From positions 110,593-174,592 of the forward strand of contig CAYGEH010000001.1 of NCBI GenBank assembly GCA_964348895.1: a stretch of 64,000 bases of DNA, written 5' to 3'. Under the pieces are notes generated by a model, which worked only from the letters and a program-made list of their open reading frames with translations, was not told where the DNA came from and searched no databases. The translations under genes were made by a program, and so were the position numbers. Numbering within the stretch: position 1 is the stretch's first letter; each line of letters begins with the position of its first letter. Below are positions 36,506 through 46,978 of this stretch, in pieces. Origin of the DNA: an uncultured Gammaproteobacteria bacterium. GTDB lineage: Bacteria; Patescibacteriota; Microgenomatia; 0-14-0-10-38-17.

Positions 36506-37165
36506 TTATTTTAACTTTAACCCTAAACTAATCAACTTTTTCTTTATAATCTGATAAATTGCTTCAATTGGCTGATCGCCATCAATATCAAAAACTAGAT
36601 TTTTGTTTTCGAAAAACTTGATCACTGGCTCGGTTTGGTTCTTAAAAACCACTAGTCTTTTTTCAACTGCTTCGGGTTTTTCGTCGTCTCTTTGATAAAG
36701 ACCTCCTCCACAAAGATCACAGCTGTTTTCTTTTTTAGGGGGATTGGTAATTAAATTGAAAACAGTTTCACATTTTCGGCAAATAATTCGAGAAGAAAGT
36801 CTTTTTATTAATATCTCTCGAGAAAGTCGAATATTAATAACCAAGCCGACTCCGCTTCGATCAATTAAAGCTTTTTCTAAAAAAACTGCCTGATCAATTC
36901 CCCTGGGATAGCCGTCAAAAACAATAGATCTATCAGGATTTTTAGTTAAAAAATCTATTACAATTTTAACCATTAATTGGTCAGAAACTAACCTTCCTTG
37001 TTGCATAATTTCGCCTACCTCAAGACCAAGGGAAGATTTTTCTCTGGATAAAGCTCTTAAAATATTTCCCGCAGAAAAATAAGCTAAAGAGCTAAAATCG
37101 GTTAAAATTTTTTGGGCTTGAGTTCCTTTGCCTGAACCTGGTGGACCAATTAAAACAATGTTCAT
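36506..37165 (-). CDS. adk: adenylate kinase
   Basis: MNIVLIGPPGSGKGTQ P-loop and a Cys4 LID (CRKC...CDLC). Confidence 0.9.
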   Translation of the reverse strand: MNIVLIGPPGSGKGTQAQKILTDFSSLAYFSAGNILRALSREKSSLGLEVGEIMQQGRLVSDQLMVKIVIDFLTKNPDRSIVFDGYPRGIDQAVFLEKALIDRSGVGLVINIRLSREILIKRLSSRIICRKCETVFNLITNPPKKENSCDLCGGGLYQRDDEKPEAVEKRLVVFKNQTEPVIKFFENKNLVFDIDGDQPIEAIYQIIKKKLISLGLKLK

Positions 37166-37195
37166 ATTTTTTTTCTTTGATTAGAAGTTTTTTAT

Positions 37196-38485
37196 TTAAT
37201 ATTTTTCTAAAAATCTCTCATAGCCTCTCATTTGAATCAAGTTTTTTACTAAACGAACAGTTTCTAAAACTACCGAAACCACAATTAACACTCCAGTGCC
37301 GCCAATGGCTAGGCTCCCAATATTTGTCAATCCCTGGGCAATGGTTGGTAAAACCGCCACCAAACCCAAAAATAAAGCTCCGGGCAGAGTTACTTTTAAT
37401 GAAATTTGCTGTAAATAATCTGCCGTAGAACGACCAGGCCTAATCCCTGGAATAAAGCCACCGGACTTTTTAAGCTCTTCTGCAATCTTTTCTGGATTAA
37501 AAACAATCATTGTGTAAAAAAAAGTAAACAAAATTACCATTAAAAAATAAGTTAAGTTATAAACAACACCATTGGGAGCAAAGGCATTGGCCAGTTGAAC
37601 CGCTAAAGAACTGATAGTTTGGTTTCCTGATCCAGCCAGAAACTGTCCCAGCATTGACGGTAATAAAACCAAAGAAACGGCAAAAATAATCGGAATTACC
37701 CCAGCCTGATTTAATTTAAAAGGAAGATAGGTTGAGCCACCACCAGACATCTTCTGACCACTAGTTCGCTTAGCATACTGGATTGGAATTCTTCTTGCCG
37801 CTTCGGCAACCGAAACCACTGCCATTATCACTAATAAACTTAGGGCTAAAAATAAAATCAAGTTAAAAGCTCCTTGACCAATTGCCAAAACTTGAGCAAA
37901 TCCTTGGGGCATTTGACTAATGATGCCAGCAAAAATTAACAAAGAAATGCCATTGCCAACCCCATAGTCTGAAACTAAACTTCCTAGCCAAACTAATAAA
38001 AAAGCCCCTCCTGTAAGAACAACTATAAAAGAAACTAATTCCAAAATGCCCAAACCAATAATAATATTTTGATTTCTTAATAAAGCATAAATCCCTAACC
38101 CTTGAAAAATGGCTAGGGGAAATGTGGCTATTTTAGTATAAAACTCTATTTTTTCTCTTCCAGATTCTCCTTCTTTGGATAAATTTTCAAAATAGGGAAA
38201 AACAAAGGCTAAAAGCTGAAAAATAATTGAAGCATTAATATAGGGGCCTAACCCCAAAGCAATAACAGAAAAATTAGACAAACTTCCGCCAGAAAAAATA
38301 TCTAATAATCCCAAAAACTGATTGCCTAAGAATATTTGTTCCAAAACACTAATGTTGACACCAGGAACAGGAATATGGGCAAGAAGTCGCAAAATAGCTA
38401 AAATAAAAAGAGTAAAAAGAATTTTGCTACGAACCTGCTTAACTTGCCAGAGAGGCTTTATTTTTTCAATGAGTTTCTTCAGCAC
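37196..38485 (-). CDS. secY: preprotein translocase subunit SecY
   Basis: 10-TM protein in the conserved position after rplO, with SecY-like loops (GIRPGRSTADYL). Confidence 0.9.
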   Translation of the reverse strand: MLKKLIEKIKPLWQVKQVRSKILFTLFILAILRLLAHIPVPGVNISVLEQIFLGNQFLGLLDIFSGGSLSNFSVIALGLGPYINASIIFQLLAFVFPYFENLSKEGESGREKIEFYTKIATFPLAIFQGLGIYALLRNQNIIIGLGILELVSFIVVLTGGAFLLVWLGSLVSDYGVGNGISLLIFAGIISQMPQGFAQVLAIGQGAFNLILFLALSLLVIMAVVSVAEAARRIPIQYAKRTSGQKMSGGGSTYLPFKLNQAGVIPIIFAVSLVLLPSMLGQFLAGSGNQTISSLAVQLANAFAPNGVVYNLTYFLMVILFTFFYTMIVFNPEKIAEELKKSGGFIPGIRPGRSTADYLQQISLKVTLPGALFLGLVAVLPTIAQGLTNIGSLAIGGTGVLIVVSVVLETVRLVKNLIQMRGYERFLEKY

Positions 38486-38780
38486 TGCTTAAATAGTTTT
38501 CAATAAAAAAACCGATCACAACCTCGGTGTTATCTTTTTGGCAATTGCCCTTCTTGAAGCGTTTTTGGTCGCTATCCTTCTATAAAATAAAAACAACTAA
38601 GTCCGAAGGATTATTTTTTTTCTCCAATCAGAATAAAAGCCTTATTTTTTAATAAAAGAGTTCACAAATTAGTTTCTTTTTTTATAGTATCACTTCAGAT
38701 AAACAAAAAACAAGACAGGGAACACAAAACAGCCCCTGTTGTCGTTTAACCTGTCTAAATCTTAATGACCGTTTAAGAAA

Positions 38781-39272
38781 CTAGGAGACAGGGGTTTTAA
38801 CAATAACCTCTCCCCCTGCTTCTTCAATCATTTTCTTTGCTCCTTTGGATACCGGGAGGGCAATTTTAAGAGCCCTGCTTAGTTTTCCTTTAGCCAAAAT
38901 TTTAATCGCTTTTTCTTGGGCAGTTTTTTGATCAATTAAACCTTCCTTAACTAGTTTATCTTGATCAACTGTCGATCCTGCTTGAAAGACATTAAGCTTT
39001 TCTAAGCCGATTAGGGTTGGTTTATTTTGCCAAGATTTCAGCTTTCCTTTTCCTCTCAAAAGAGGGGTTCGCCGTAGCAGCGACTTTTGCACTTTTCTAC
39101 CTTCAAATAAAATATGTCTTTTGCTTCTGGCTCTTAAACCCTTGGCTCCTCTGCCAACAGTATGCCCCCCCTTGCCCGAACCATAGCCTCGACCAATTCG
39201 CTTCTTGGTCCGACTAGTTGTTTTAGGAAAATCGCTCAACAATGAAGAATTACTATCTTTACTAGTTGTCAT
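38781..39272 (-). CDS. rplO: 50S ribosomal protein L15
   Basis: RIGRGYGSGKGGHTVGRGAKG. Confidence 0.9.
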   Translation of the reverse strand: MTTSKDSNSSLLSDFPKTTSRTKKRIGRGYGSGKGGHTVGRGAKGLRARSKRHILFEGRKVQKSLLRRTPLLRGKGKLKSWQNKPTLIGLEKLNVFQAGSTVDQDKLVKEGLIDQKTAQEKAIKILAKGKLSRALKIALPVSKGAKKMIEEAGGEVIVKTPVS

Positions 39273-39738
39273 AAGCTTTTAGTTTTTTAAGTGCCTCAAT
39301 CACGGCATTAACGTTTGTTGTTTTGTTGTTAGCTCCTAATATTTTTACCGATAAATCCTGATATCCAGCCGCCTCCATTACCAGTTTGATTGATTGGCTA
39401 GCAATAATGCCACTACCGGGGGGAGCGGGCTTTAATAATACTCGGGCAGCTCCATATTTAACCTGAATATCATGTGGAATGGTTTTTCCCCTCATTGGAA
39501 CCAAAAAAGTATTTTTCTGGGCTCTTGCCTTGGCTTTATTAATTGCTGATAAAACATCGAGCCCTCTGCCTAAGGCAACCCCAACCTCGTTCTCACGATT
39601 ACCAACGACGATTAAAGCAGTAAAAGAAATGGTGTTGCCCCCCTTAGTTTTCTTAGATACCCTCTTAATTTCAATAATTCGATTGTAAACTTCGTCTTCT
39701 CTTTCTCTTGGATTAAACTTTTTTTTATTGTCAATCAT
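39262..39738 (-). CDS. rpsE: 30S ribosomal protein S5
   Basis: IKRVSKKTKGGNTISFTALIVVGN...GRGLD. Its stop overlaps the rplO start, so there is no room for rpmD. Confidence 0.9.
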   Translation of the reverse strand: MIDNKKKFNPREREDEVYNRIIEIKRVSKKTKGGNTISFTALIVVGNRENEVGVALGRGLDVLSAINKAKARAQKNTFLVPMRGKTIPHDIQVKYGAARVLLKPAPPGSGIIASQSIKLVMEAAGYQDLSVKILGANNKTTNVNAVIEALKKLKAYDN

Positions 39739-39748
39739 AATTTTTTTA

Positions 39749-40099
39749 TTAAAAACTTAAACCGCCATCCCTTGCTCCTTGAGCTAAGGCCTTAACTCGA
39801 CCATGGAATCGATACGAACCTCGATCAAAAACAACTTTATTAATTTTTTTGGTTTTTGCTTCTTGAGCTAATTTCTCACCTAAAAGCCTTGCCCTTTCCA
39901 TTGGTAAAACCGAACCCTCAAGTAAAAGAGATTTCTCGCTTAAACCAACCAGCGTTTTTCTTTTAGAGTCATCAATTATTTGAACGCTAATATAGCGGTT
40001 AGACCGATATACTGAGAGCCTAGGCCGATCGCTTGTTCCAAAAATTTTTCCCCTAACTCGAATCCGTCTTTTTTGTTGCTTGCTTATTTTATCATTCAT
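39749..40099 (-). CDS. rplR: 50S ribosomal protein L18
   Basis: RLSVYRSNRYISVQIIDD...VFDRGSYRFHGRVKALA. Confidence 0.9.
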   Translation of the reverse strand: MNDKISKQQKRRIRVRGKIFGTSDRPRLSVYRSNRYISVQIIDDSKRKTLVGLSEKSLLLEGSVLPMERARLLGEKLAQEAKTKKINKVVFDRGSYRFHGRVKALAQGARDGGLSF

Positions 40100-40149
40100 A
40101 AAAATATTCTAAACATATTAAAAATAATTAACCCAACCAAGTTTCCTCT

Positions 40150-40704
40150 TTATTTTGCTCCCCCTTCGCCAACCTTGGCTGCCTTACCCGCCTTAAGCTT
40201 GATTTCTTCGCCAAAATAACGAATCCCCTTTCCTTTGTAGGCGTCAGGGGGGCGCAAAGAGCGAATTTGACGAGCAATTCGACCAACCGCTTGCCGATCA
40301 GCCCCAATGACCGTCAAAACATCTCCTTCAACTTCAAAATGAATTCCCTCGGGAGCAGGAAAATCAACTTGATGAGATAAGCCCAAGGACAAGCTTAATC
40401 CTCCGTCTTTCGGTTGAACTAAATAGCCAGTCCCCAGCACTTGTAATTTTTTAGTCCATTCTTCGGCAACTCCCCGAACCATATTAGCCAGTAATTGACG
40501 AGTAACACCATATATTGCCCCCCCCTCACTGCTTTGTTCTTTTCTTTCTACTAATAGTATTTCTTCTCGTTGAGATATCTTCAACCCCAAAGGAATAGTC
40601 AAAGACAGGGTTCCTTTTGGTCCTTCAACAATCACTCTGCTTCCTTCAATTGTCACTTTAACGTTCTCCGATAATGGAATTGGTTTTTTGCCTATTCTAG
40701 ACAT
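40150..40704 (-). CDS. rplF: 50S ribosomal protein L6
   Basis: MSRIGKKPIPL...two L6 repeats. Confidence 0.9.
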   Translation of the reverse strand: MSRIGKKPIPLSENVKVTIEGSRVIVEGPKGTLSLTIPLGLKISQREEILLVERKEQSSEGGAIYGVTRQLLANMVRGVAEEWTKKLQVLGTGYLVQPKDGGLSLSLGLSHQVDFPAPEGIHFEVEGDVLTVIGADRQAVGRIARQIRSLRPPDAYKGKGIRYFGEEIKLKAGKAAKVGEGGAK

Positions 40705-40760
40705 TTTTTTTAGGTTAATCTCTAGTTGTTTTAATCAATTTAATAGCTTAAGGTCTTCTT

Positions 40761-41159
40761 TTACCACACTCGACAAATAAGCTCTCCACCCAAACCATTT
40801 TTGATCGCTTCCTTAGTAGTCATTAGCCCCTTAGAGGTAGAAACAATCACTATTCCTAGTCGTCGATTGTGGTAAGCCAAATCTTCAACTGAAGAATACT
40901 GTCGAGTCCCCAGCTTAGATAATCGACAAACATTGTTAATCATTTTACTTTTTTCCTTAGTTCGATTAAGCTTAATCACCAATTCCTCCACACCCTTTCT
41001 AACAGAAACTCTGTCAACCCCAGATAAATATCCTGCTTTAACTAAGATTCCAGATAAATTTAGGTTAAATTGAGAAAAAGGAGCCTTAATTTCATTCTTT
41101 CTTAATGCGTAGGCATTTCTCAAGCTAGATAATAAATCAGCAATTGTATCTTGACTCAT
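40761..41159 (-). CDS. rpsH: 30S ribosomal protein S8
   Basis: MSQDTIADLLSSLRNA...GGELICRVW. Confidence 0.9.
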   Translation of the reverse strand: MSQDTIADLLSSLRNAYALRKNEIKAPFSQFNLNLSGILVKAGYLSGVDRVSVRKGVEELVIKLNRTKEKSKMINNVCRLSKLGTRQYSSVEDLAYHNRRLGIVIVSTSKGLMTTKEAIKNGLGGELICRVW

Positions 41160-41204
41160 TTTTGTTTTATTTTTTTAACTTTTAATTTTGTTTTTCAACT
41201 CTAT

Positions 41205-41387
41205 TTACCACGAGGCTTTCTTCACTCCTGGGACCTCGCCTTTGTCGGCTAATCGTCTAAAACAAAGCCGACACAGGCCAAATTGACGCAAATAACCTCG
41301 GGGTCGGCCACAAAGCTGACAGCGATTTCGATAACGAATTTTAAGCAAAACTTTTTTTTCTCTAATTATTTTTGATTTTTTAGCCAT
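41205..41387 (-). CDS. rpsZ: 30S ribosomal protein S14, zinc-binding type Z
   Basis: 61-aa form with CQLCGR...CRLCFR Cys4. Start taken at MAKKSKI. Confidence 0.85.
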   Translation of the reverse strand: MAKKSKIIREKKVLLKIRYRNRCQLCGRPRGYLRQFGLCRLCFRRLADKGEVPGVKKASW

Positions 41388-41388
41388 T

Positions 41389-41934
41389 TTATTGCTTTTT
41401 TTCAAATGGTGCCCCTATCGCCTCTAAAAGCTTTCTGGCCTCTTCGTCACTTCTGCTATTAGTAACAATGGTTATTTCTAGGCTTCGAGGCCGATCTATT
41501 TTATCATAATCAAGTTCAGGAAAAAGAGTGTTCTCTCTTAGTCCAAGAGTATAATTGCCCTGTCCGTCAAAACTATTTAAAGACAGTCCTCTAAAATCTT
41601 TCACTTGAGGTAAAACTAATTTGAACAATTTATCCAAAAAGTCACCTAATCGTTTCTTTCTTAGGGTAACACTTAGTCCAATGGGGGCTCCTTTTCTCAG
41701 AGAAAATCCAGAAATTGATTTCTTGGCTAAATTAACTCGTGGCTTCTGTCCTGTAATTAAGGCTAGACTTTCTTTGGCTTTTTCAAGAGCTTCTTTGTTT
41801 TCGTTGTCAGCCGCTATTCCCATGTTAACAACCACCTTAACTACCTTAAGAACTGCCATCTTATTCTCCAAGCCTAACTCTTTGGCCAAAACTGGCACTA
41901 TTTGTTTTTGATATCTTTGCCAAAAATTATCCAT
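41389..41934 (-). CDS. rplE: 50S ribosomal protein L5
   Basis: [17 protein letters not shown]...KVVVNMGI. Start taken at MDNFW, abutting the rplX stop. Confidence 0.85.
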   Translation of the reverse strand: MDNFWQRYQKQIVPVLAKELGLENKMAVLKVVKVVVNMGIAADNENKEALEKAKESLALITGQKPRVNLAKKSISGFSLRKGAPIGLSVTLRKKRLGDFLDKLFKLVLPQVKDFRGLSLNSFDGQGNYTLGLRENTLFPELDYDKIDRPRSLEITIVTNSRSDEEARKLLEAIGAPFEKKQ

Positions 41935-41936
41935 AA

Positions 41937-42257
41937 TTAAATCGCCTCGCGGCATTTTTTACAAATTCTTATTTTTTCTTGATCTTTAGTATTTTGTCCA
42001 GAAATCTGATAACCAACTCTGGTTGGCTGATGGCATTTGGGACAAAGCAGCATTACCTTGGCAACAGCCAATGGTCTGGCTACATCAACAATACCACCCT
42101 TATCTTGTTCTTTTTTGGGTCGAATTGCTTTTTTATAAATATTTAGACCAGGAATAACCACTGCTTTTTCTTTAGGCAAAACCTGATCAACCACCCCTTC
42201 TCGGCCCCTGTCTTTTCCAGCTATAATTTTAATTTTATCGCCCTTTTTTATTTTCAT
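41937..42257 (-). CDS. rplX: 50S ribosomal protein L24 (KOW), with a C-terminal CxxC...CxxC pair
   Basis: MKIKKGDKIKIIAGKDRGREGVV KOW motif. The C-terminus is CPKCHQPTRVGY...RICKKC. Confidence 0.85.
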   Translation of the reverse strand: MKIKKGDKIKIIAGKDRGREGVVDQVLPKEKAVVIPGLNIYKKAIRPKKEQDKGGIVDVARPLAVAKVMLLCPKCHQPTRVGYQISGQNTKDQEKIRICKKCREAI

Positions 42258-42275
42258 AGACTATATTTATTTTTT

Positions 42276-42644
42276 TTAAACTACCTCTTTTGCCAACGAA
42301 GCAATTTTGTTGTAACCAGCTTCTTTAATTTCTCGAGCAATCGGTCCAAAAATTCGCGAACCCAAGGGCAACCCAGCAGAGGAGATTACAACTCCAGCAT
42401 TATCTCCAAAACGAATGTAGCTTCCATCGCTTCTTCTGGTTTCTTTTTTGGTTCTAACAATTAAAACATCAACCTTGTCACCTTTTTTAACCTGACCAGT
42501 TGGAATTGCTTCTGTTACGGTTGCCTTTACTACCCCACCAAGATTAGCCACATGTTTTCTAGAAAAACCAGGAAGCTGAACTACTCGCAATTCTTTTGCC
42601 CCACTATTATCAGCTACCGCTAAAATTGTTCTTATTTGAATCAT
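42276..42644 (-). CDS. rplN: 50S ribosomal protein L14
   Basis: MIQIRTILAVADNSGAKELRVV. Confidence 0.9.
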   Translation of the reverse strand: MIQIRTILAVADNSGAKELRVVQLPGFSRKHVANLGGVVKATVTEAIPTGQVKKGDKVDVLIVRTKKETRRSDGSYIRFGDNAGVVISSAGLPLGSRIFGPIAREIKEAGYNKIASLAKEVV

Positions 42645-42883
42645 TTGATAACCTCCTTGACCACAAAGCTTTTTTGCTTGCTAATTGGTCGACTAGAAAC
42701 AATAATAACCTTATCATCGACCTTGCTTATCTCTCTCTCATCATGAACCAAATGTTTTTTTCTTCTAATAAAAATTTTCCCGTGTTTTGGATAAGAGGCG
42801 GCCGTTTCCACTAGCACTTTTACCGTTTTTAGGGACGGCTTGCTAATTACCACCCCAACTAAAGTTTTAGCTTTTTTAATCAT
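42641..42883 (-). CDS. rpsQ: 30S ribosomal protein S17
   Basis: LVGVVISKPSLKTVKVLVE...HDEREISKVDDKVII. Confidence 0.85.
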   Translation of the reverse strand: MIKKAKTLVGVVISKPSLKTVKVLVETAASYPKHGKIFIRRKKHLVHDEREISKVDDKVIIVSSRPISKQKSFVVKEVIK

Positions 42884-43091
42884 TGTTTGTTTTTGAAAAT
42901 TTTTTCTGGCTTATTCTGGTTTTAAGAAAAGCAATTTTATGTTTTAATTCGCGAACCTGACAAGTATTCTTTAGCTTAGCTAAGCTTTTGTCAATCATTA
43001 GTTTGGCTAGGTCTTGGGTTTCTTTAATCAGTTCTTTTTCTAATTCTAGTAAAGACGCCTGATTGATTTTTTCTTTTTGATCTTTTTTCAT
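42876..43091 (-). CDS. rpmC: 50S ribosomal protein L29
   Basis: Small helical protein at the conserved L16-L29-S17 position: LLELEKELIKETQDLAKL. Confidence 0.75.
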   Translation of the reverse strand: MKKDQKEKINQASLLELEKELIKETQDLAKLMIDKSLAKLKNTCQVRELKHKIAFLKTRISQKKFSKTNND

Positions 43092-43106
43092 AATTTGTTT
43101 TCTTAA

Positions 43107-43517
43107 TTAAAACTCTTTACTAACAATTTTAGTTTTAAAAGGCAACTTGTGACCGGCTAATCTTAACGCTCCTTTGGCTAAATCATCGCTTATTCCCCCT
43201 AGCTCAAAGATAATTCGACCTGGGCGAATAACCGCAACATGAGCCTGAATGTCTCCCTTACCGCCACCCATCGTGGCCCCTGCAGTTTTAGTAGTAATTG
43301 GCTTGTCGTTAACCACTCTAATCCAAACTCTTCCCTCTCTCTTGGTGGCATGAACAATTGCCTGACGAGCCGCTTCTAGTTGGCGCTCAGTTAACCATCC
43401 ACAGCCAAGAGCTTTCAGTCCGTGTTCTCCAAAAGCAACCTGATGTCCTCGACTAGACTGTCCCTTCATTGACCCTCTAAATTGTTTACGATACTTAACT
43501 CTTTTGGGAATAACCAT
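43107..43517 (-). CDS. rplP: 50S ribosomal protein L16
   Basis: MVIPKRVKYRKQFRGSMKG. Confidence 0.9.
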   Translation of the reverse strand: MVIPKRVKYRKQFRGSMKGQSSRGHQVAFGEHGLKALGCGWLTERQLEAARQAIVHATKREGRVWIRVVNDKPITTKTAGATMGGGKGDIQAHVAVIRPGRIIFELGGISDDLAKGALRLAGHKLPFKTKIVSKEF

Positions 43518-43539
43518 AATTCTTTATGTTTTTTAATTA

Positions 43540-44175
43540 TTAACCTTTATAAATCCACACTTTTACTCCAATATAGCCCTTTCTAGTCAGAGCTGGTCGC
43601 TCAGCATAATCAATGTTAGCCCTAATCGTACTGGTAGGAACCTTGCCTTGAGAATACTTTTCAACTCGGGCAATCTTGGCACCATCAACACGACCAGCAA
43701 GTCGCACCTTAATTCCTTCTGCTCCAGCGTTAATTACTTGTTCCAACTCTCGTCTCATAACCCTTCGGTGAGGCATTCGATTTTCTAATTGTTCCGCAAT
43801 TCTTTGGGCAACAAAAACAGCTGATAAGTTCGGCTCTTTAACCTCTTCTATTCTGATTTCTAGGTTTTTTTGCGGTTGATCTAAAGAAACGAGCTGGCAA
43901 AGTTCATTCTTTAAAGCTTCTAGGTTCTTCCCTCCTCTACCAATAACTACACCCGGCCTAGTGGCTAAAAGAACAATTTTCATTCGATTGAATGAGCGCT
44001 CAATATTAATCGCCACTAATCCTGCCGTTTGGAGCTTGTTGCGCAAGAAGATTCTAATCTTGACATCTTCCAATAAACGACTTCGATATAGTTTTTCATC
44101 ACTAATCGCCCAAGACGAACTCCAGCTCCCTCCAGCAGCCAGTCTATAAGCGAATGGATTAACTTTTTGACCCAT
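43540..44175 (-). CDS. rpsC: 30S ribosomal protein S3
   Basis: MGQKVNPFAYRL..KH domain...GRVDGAKIARVE. Confidence 0.9.
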   Translation of the reverse strand: MGQKVNPFAYRLAAGGSWSSSWAISDEKLYRSRLLEDVKIRIFLRNKLQTAGLVAINIERSFNRMKIVLLATRPGVVIGRGGKNLEALKNELCQLVSLDQPQKNLEIRIEEVKEPNLSAVFVAQRIAEQLENRMPHRRVMRRELEQVINAGAEGIKVRLAGRVDGAKIARVEKYSQGKVPTSTIRANIDYAERPALTRKGYIGVKVWIYKG

Positions 44176-44214
44176 AAAGATTTTTTTAAATAAAAAAATG
44201 AATGAAAGTTTTTT

Positions 44215-44685
44215 TTAAACCTTGGTCTTTGTTTTTAATTTTAGATTTTTAGATTTTAATTTTGGGCTTTTTTTATCATCTTTGTCGATAGCCTTTGGGG
44301 TTTTGCTCTCCATTTTTTTATCTTTATCGTTCTTTGTTTTTTCTTCTTTTTCTTCTAGGATCACTCTTAAGCGAGACAATCTTCTTTTAATCATTCCGCC
44401 ATTAAAGCGGGCTCCATGAGAATAGTCTAGTCTTTTATGACGTATCCCCTCATCAACTATTACTTGACTAATAAACAGGTTCTTTTTGTCTAATTTAAAA
44501 TTATTAACTGCATTGGCTGATGCCGAGCTAACTACTTTTTGTAAAATCTTGGCCCCTTTTTGGGGAAGATGATTTAGCCAAACTAAGGCCTCCGAAAGCT
44601 CTTTGCCTCGAACCATTTTGGCTATCAATCTTAGTTTTCTTGGTGATATTGGTAGGTTTTTTCCTTCTGCTCTAACTTGAATCAT
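44215..44685 (-). CDS. rplV: 50S ribosomal protein L22 with Lys-rich C-terminal extension
   Basis: ISPRKLRLIAKMVRGK core, plus a ~45-aa K/D/E-rich tail. Confidence 0.85.
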   Translation of the reverse strand: MIQVRAEGKNLPISPRKLRLIAKMVRGKELSEALVWLNHLPQKGAKILQKVVSSASANAVNNFKLDKKNLFISQVIVDEGIRHKRLDYSHGARFNGGMIKRRLSRLRVILEEKEEKTKNDKDKKMESKTPKAIDKDDKKSPKLKSKNLKLKTKTKV

Positions 44686-44738
44686 AATTCTTTAAATTAA
44701 AAATAATTTTTATTCTCTTAATTTTCGATCTCTTGTTT

Positions 44739-45011
44739 TTATGTTTTTTCTGTTGTTCGCTTAACCATTCGTCCATGACCCCTAAAAGTCCTGGCGGGAG
44801 CAAACTCTCCTAGACGATGGCCAACCATATCTTCAGAAATAAACATTTCAATAAAAATACGACCATTATGAACCGCAAATCGATGGCCAACAAATTGAGG
44901 TGGAATTTGAGAATTCCTCGCCCAAGTTTTGATCGGTTCTTTTTGACCCTTAGCTAGCTTTATTAAAAGCTTTTCGTCAATGTATGGACCTTTTTTTAAT
45001 GATCGGGACAT
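44739..45011 (-). CDS. rpsS: 30S ribosomal protein S19
   Basis: [16 protein letters not shown]...[11 protein letters not shown]. Confidence 0.9.
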   Translation of the reverse strand: MSRSLKKGPYIDEKLLIKLAKGQKEPIKTWARNSQIPPQFVGHRFAVHNGRIFIEMFISEDMVGHRLGEFAPARTFRGHGRMVKRTTEKT

Positions 45012-45135
45012 AAATAAAATTAAATTTTTAGTTTTTTACTGCTTAATAATTGAAACTTATTTAAATTTAAATCTGCTCTATTATAACAAACAATTGTCTT
45101 TCTGTTTAACTTTAAGTTAAGTTATGTTTTTTTAT

Positions 45136-45921
45136 TTATTTTTGTTTGTTTTTCTTCTGAGCCCTAGTTCTTCTTCTCATTAAAATATTTCTATCGCTAT
45201 ATTTAGTTTTTTTTCTAGTTTTTTTACCTAAAGCTTTCTTTCCCCAAGGAGTTTTGGGTGAAGACATACCAATCCCCGATCTCCCTTCGCCACCACCATG
45301 GGGATGAGACCCTGGATGCTGAGCCACTCCTCGAACAGTTGGCCTAATTCCTTTATGTCTTTTTTGACCAGCCTTAGTCATCTTTTTCAAAGAATGAGCT
45401 TCGTTCCCCACTTGACCAATAGTAGCCTGACAGTTAAGAGAAATTTTTCTTAATTCACCAGAGGGAAGACGAACATGGGCCATTCCCCCCTCTTTAGCCG
45501 TAATTGTTGCCATAGTTCCAGCCCCTCTAACCAGCTGTCCTCCTCTGGCTGGCTTTAATTCAATAGAATGAATTGGTGTTCCTACTGGAACTTTATCTAA
45601 AGCAATCGCAGTACCTTCTTTTATTGGGGCCTGATCTCCACTCATAATCGAAAAACCTGGCTTCATGTTTTTAGTAGCCAAAATATAGCGTCGCTCTCCA
45701 TCAGCATACAAAATTAAAGCTAAATCAGCACTACGAAAAGGGTCATATTCAATTGCCTCTACTTTTCCAGGAATATTGAACTTATCTCTTTTCCAATCAA
45801 TTTTTCTAATTCGCCGCTTTTCCCCACCACCACGATGGCGAACTGTCACTCGACCATTTGATCTTCCGGCCTGACTTTTTGTCGCTTTGGTTAATCCTTT
45901 TCTAATATTTTTCATAAACAA
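45136..45921 (-). CDS. rplB: 50S ribosomal protein L2
   Basis: [15 protein letters not shown]..., ...HPHGGGEGR. Confidence 0.9.
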   Translation of the reverse strand: MFMKNIRKGLTKATKSQAGRSNGRVTVRHRGGGEKRRIRKIDWKRDKFNIPGKVEAIEYDPFRSADLALILYADGERRYILATKNMKPGFSIMSGDQAPIKEGTAIALDKVPVGTPIHSIELKPARGGQLVRGAGTMATITAKEGGMAHVRLPSGELRKISLNCQATIGQVGNEAHSLKKMTKAGQKRHKGIRPTVRGVAQHPGSHPHGGGEGRSGIGMSSPKTPWGKKALGKKTRKKTKYSDRNILMRRRTRAQKKNKQK

Positions 45922-45991
45922 AAATTGTAAATTATTTATTTTTAGTTTAAATAATTAAAAATTATTAAAATCTTCAGCTTAAGATTTAGTG

Positions 45992-46276
45992 TTAATTCTC
46001 GTAAATCTTTAATTTTTCTCCCTCTTTGAGTTTTATGGTTGCTTTTTTTATCGGTGCTGATAAAACTCTTCGTCGATTAGATAGTCTTCTTGTTTTTTGC
46101 TTGATAATTACGGTCTTTACCCCAATAACCTTAACTCCAAAAACAGTTTCTACTGCTTGCTTAATTTGGTCTTTAGAAGCTTCTCTGTCAACAATAAAAG
46201 TATAGCAATTACTCTCCGCCATCTTCATCGATTTTTCACTTACTAATGGTTTCTTAATAACATCAGTTAATCTCAT
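45992..46276 (-). CDS. rplW: 50S ribosomal protein L23
   Basis: VIKKPLVSEKSMKMAESNCYTFIVDREASKDQIKQAVE. Confidence 0.85.
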   Translation of the reverse strand: MRLTDVIKKPLVSEKSMKMAESNCYTFIVDREASKDQIKQAVETVFGVKVIGVKTVIIKQKTRRLSNRRRVLSAPIKKATIKLKEGEKLKIYEN

Positions 46277-46896
46277 AGTCTCTTTTTTAAAACATCAATT
46301 GCTTCTTTGGTTAGAATTATTTTCCCTGACGATAAGGCTTGATAAACATTAAGTTTGTTAGCTAAATCAACATTAACTCTGGATAGGTTTCTAAACGCTC
46401 GAAGAACATTCTCGTCTTTTTTGGCTAAATAAAGAGTGGCTTTTTTATTGCCAATTCCTAAATTGTTAATAAATTTGGCTGCCTGTTTAGTTTTGGGGGT
46501 AATTTTTTCCAAGTCATCAACAACAAAGATCGACTCTTCTTTAGCCCTAGCCGATAAAACAGACCTTAGGGCTGCTTGCTTCATTTTTTTAGATATCATT
46601 AATCTTTGCTTTGTCCCCACCGGACCATGGGCCTTGCCTCCGCCAACAAAAATTGGGGCTTTATTGTCTCCGTGTCTAGCCCTGCCAGTACCCTTTTGTC
46701 GCCAAATTTTCCTAGTTGACCCAATTACCTCCCCTCTATTTTTGGTCTTAGGAGATGCTTTGCGTTGGTTTGCCAAAAAAACTCTCACGGCTTGGGCTAT
46801 TAGGGGCAGATTAATCTTTGCCTCAAAAATTTCCTTGGGCAAAAGCATTGACTTTTCCGTCTTCTGACCGTCTTTGTCGTAAATTATAACTTTCAT
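46273..46896 (-). CDS. rplD: 50S ribosomal protein L4
   Basis: QRKASPKTKNRGEVIGSTRKIWRQKGTGRARHGD. Confidence 0.9.
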   Translation of the reverse strand: MKVIIYDKDGQKTEKSMLLPKEIFEAKINLPLIAQAVRVFLANQRKASPKTKNRGEVIGSTRKIWRQKGTGRARHGDNKAPIFVGGGKAHGPVGTKQRLMISKKMKQAALRSVLSARAKEESIFVVDDLEKITPKTKQAAKFINNLGIGNKKATLYLAKKDENVLRAFRNLSRVNVDLANKLNVYQALSSGKIILTKEAIDVLKKRL

Positions 46897-46978
46897 TGCT
46901 ATTAAAAATGTAAATTAAACTTTTTTTTGTGTTTTTATTAAATTCATTTGATTAGTTGCTTTTGGTTTTGTTTTTAAA

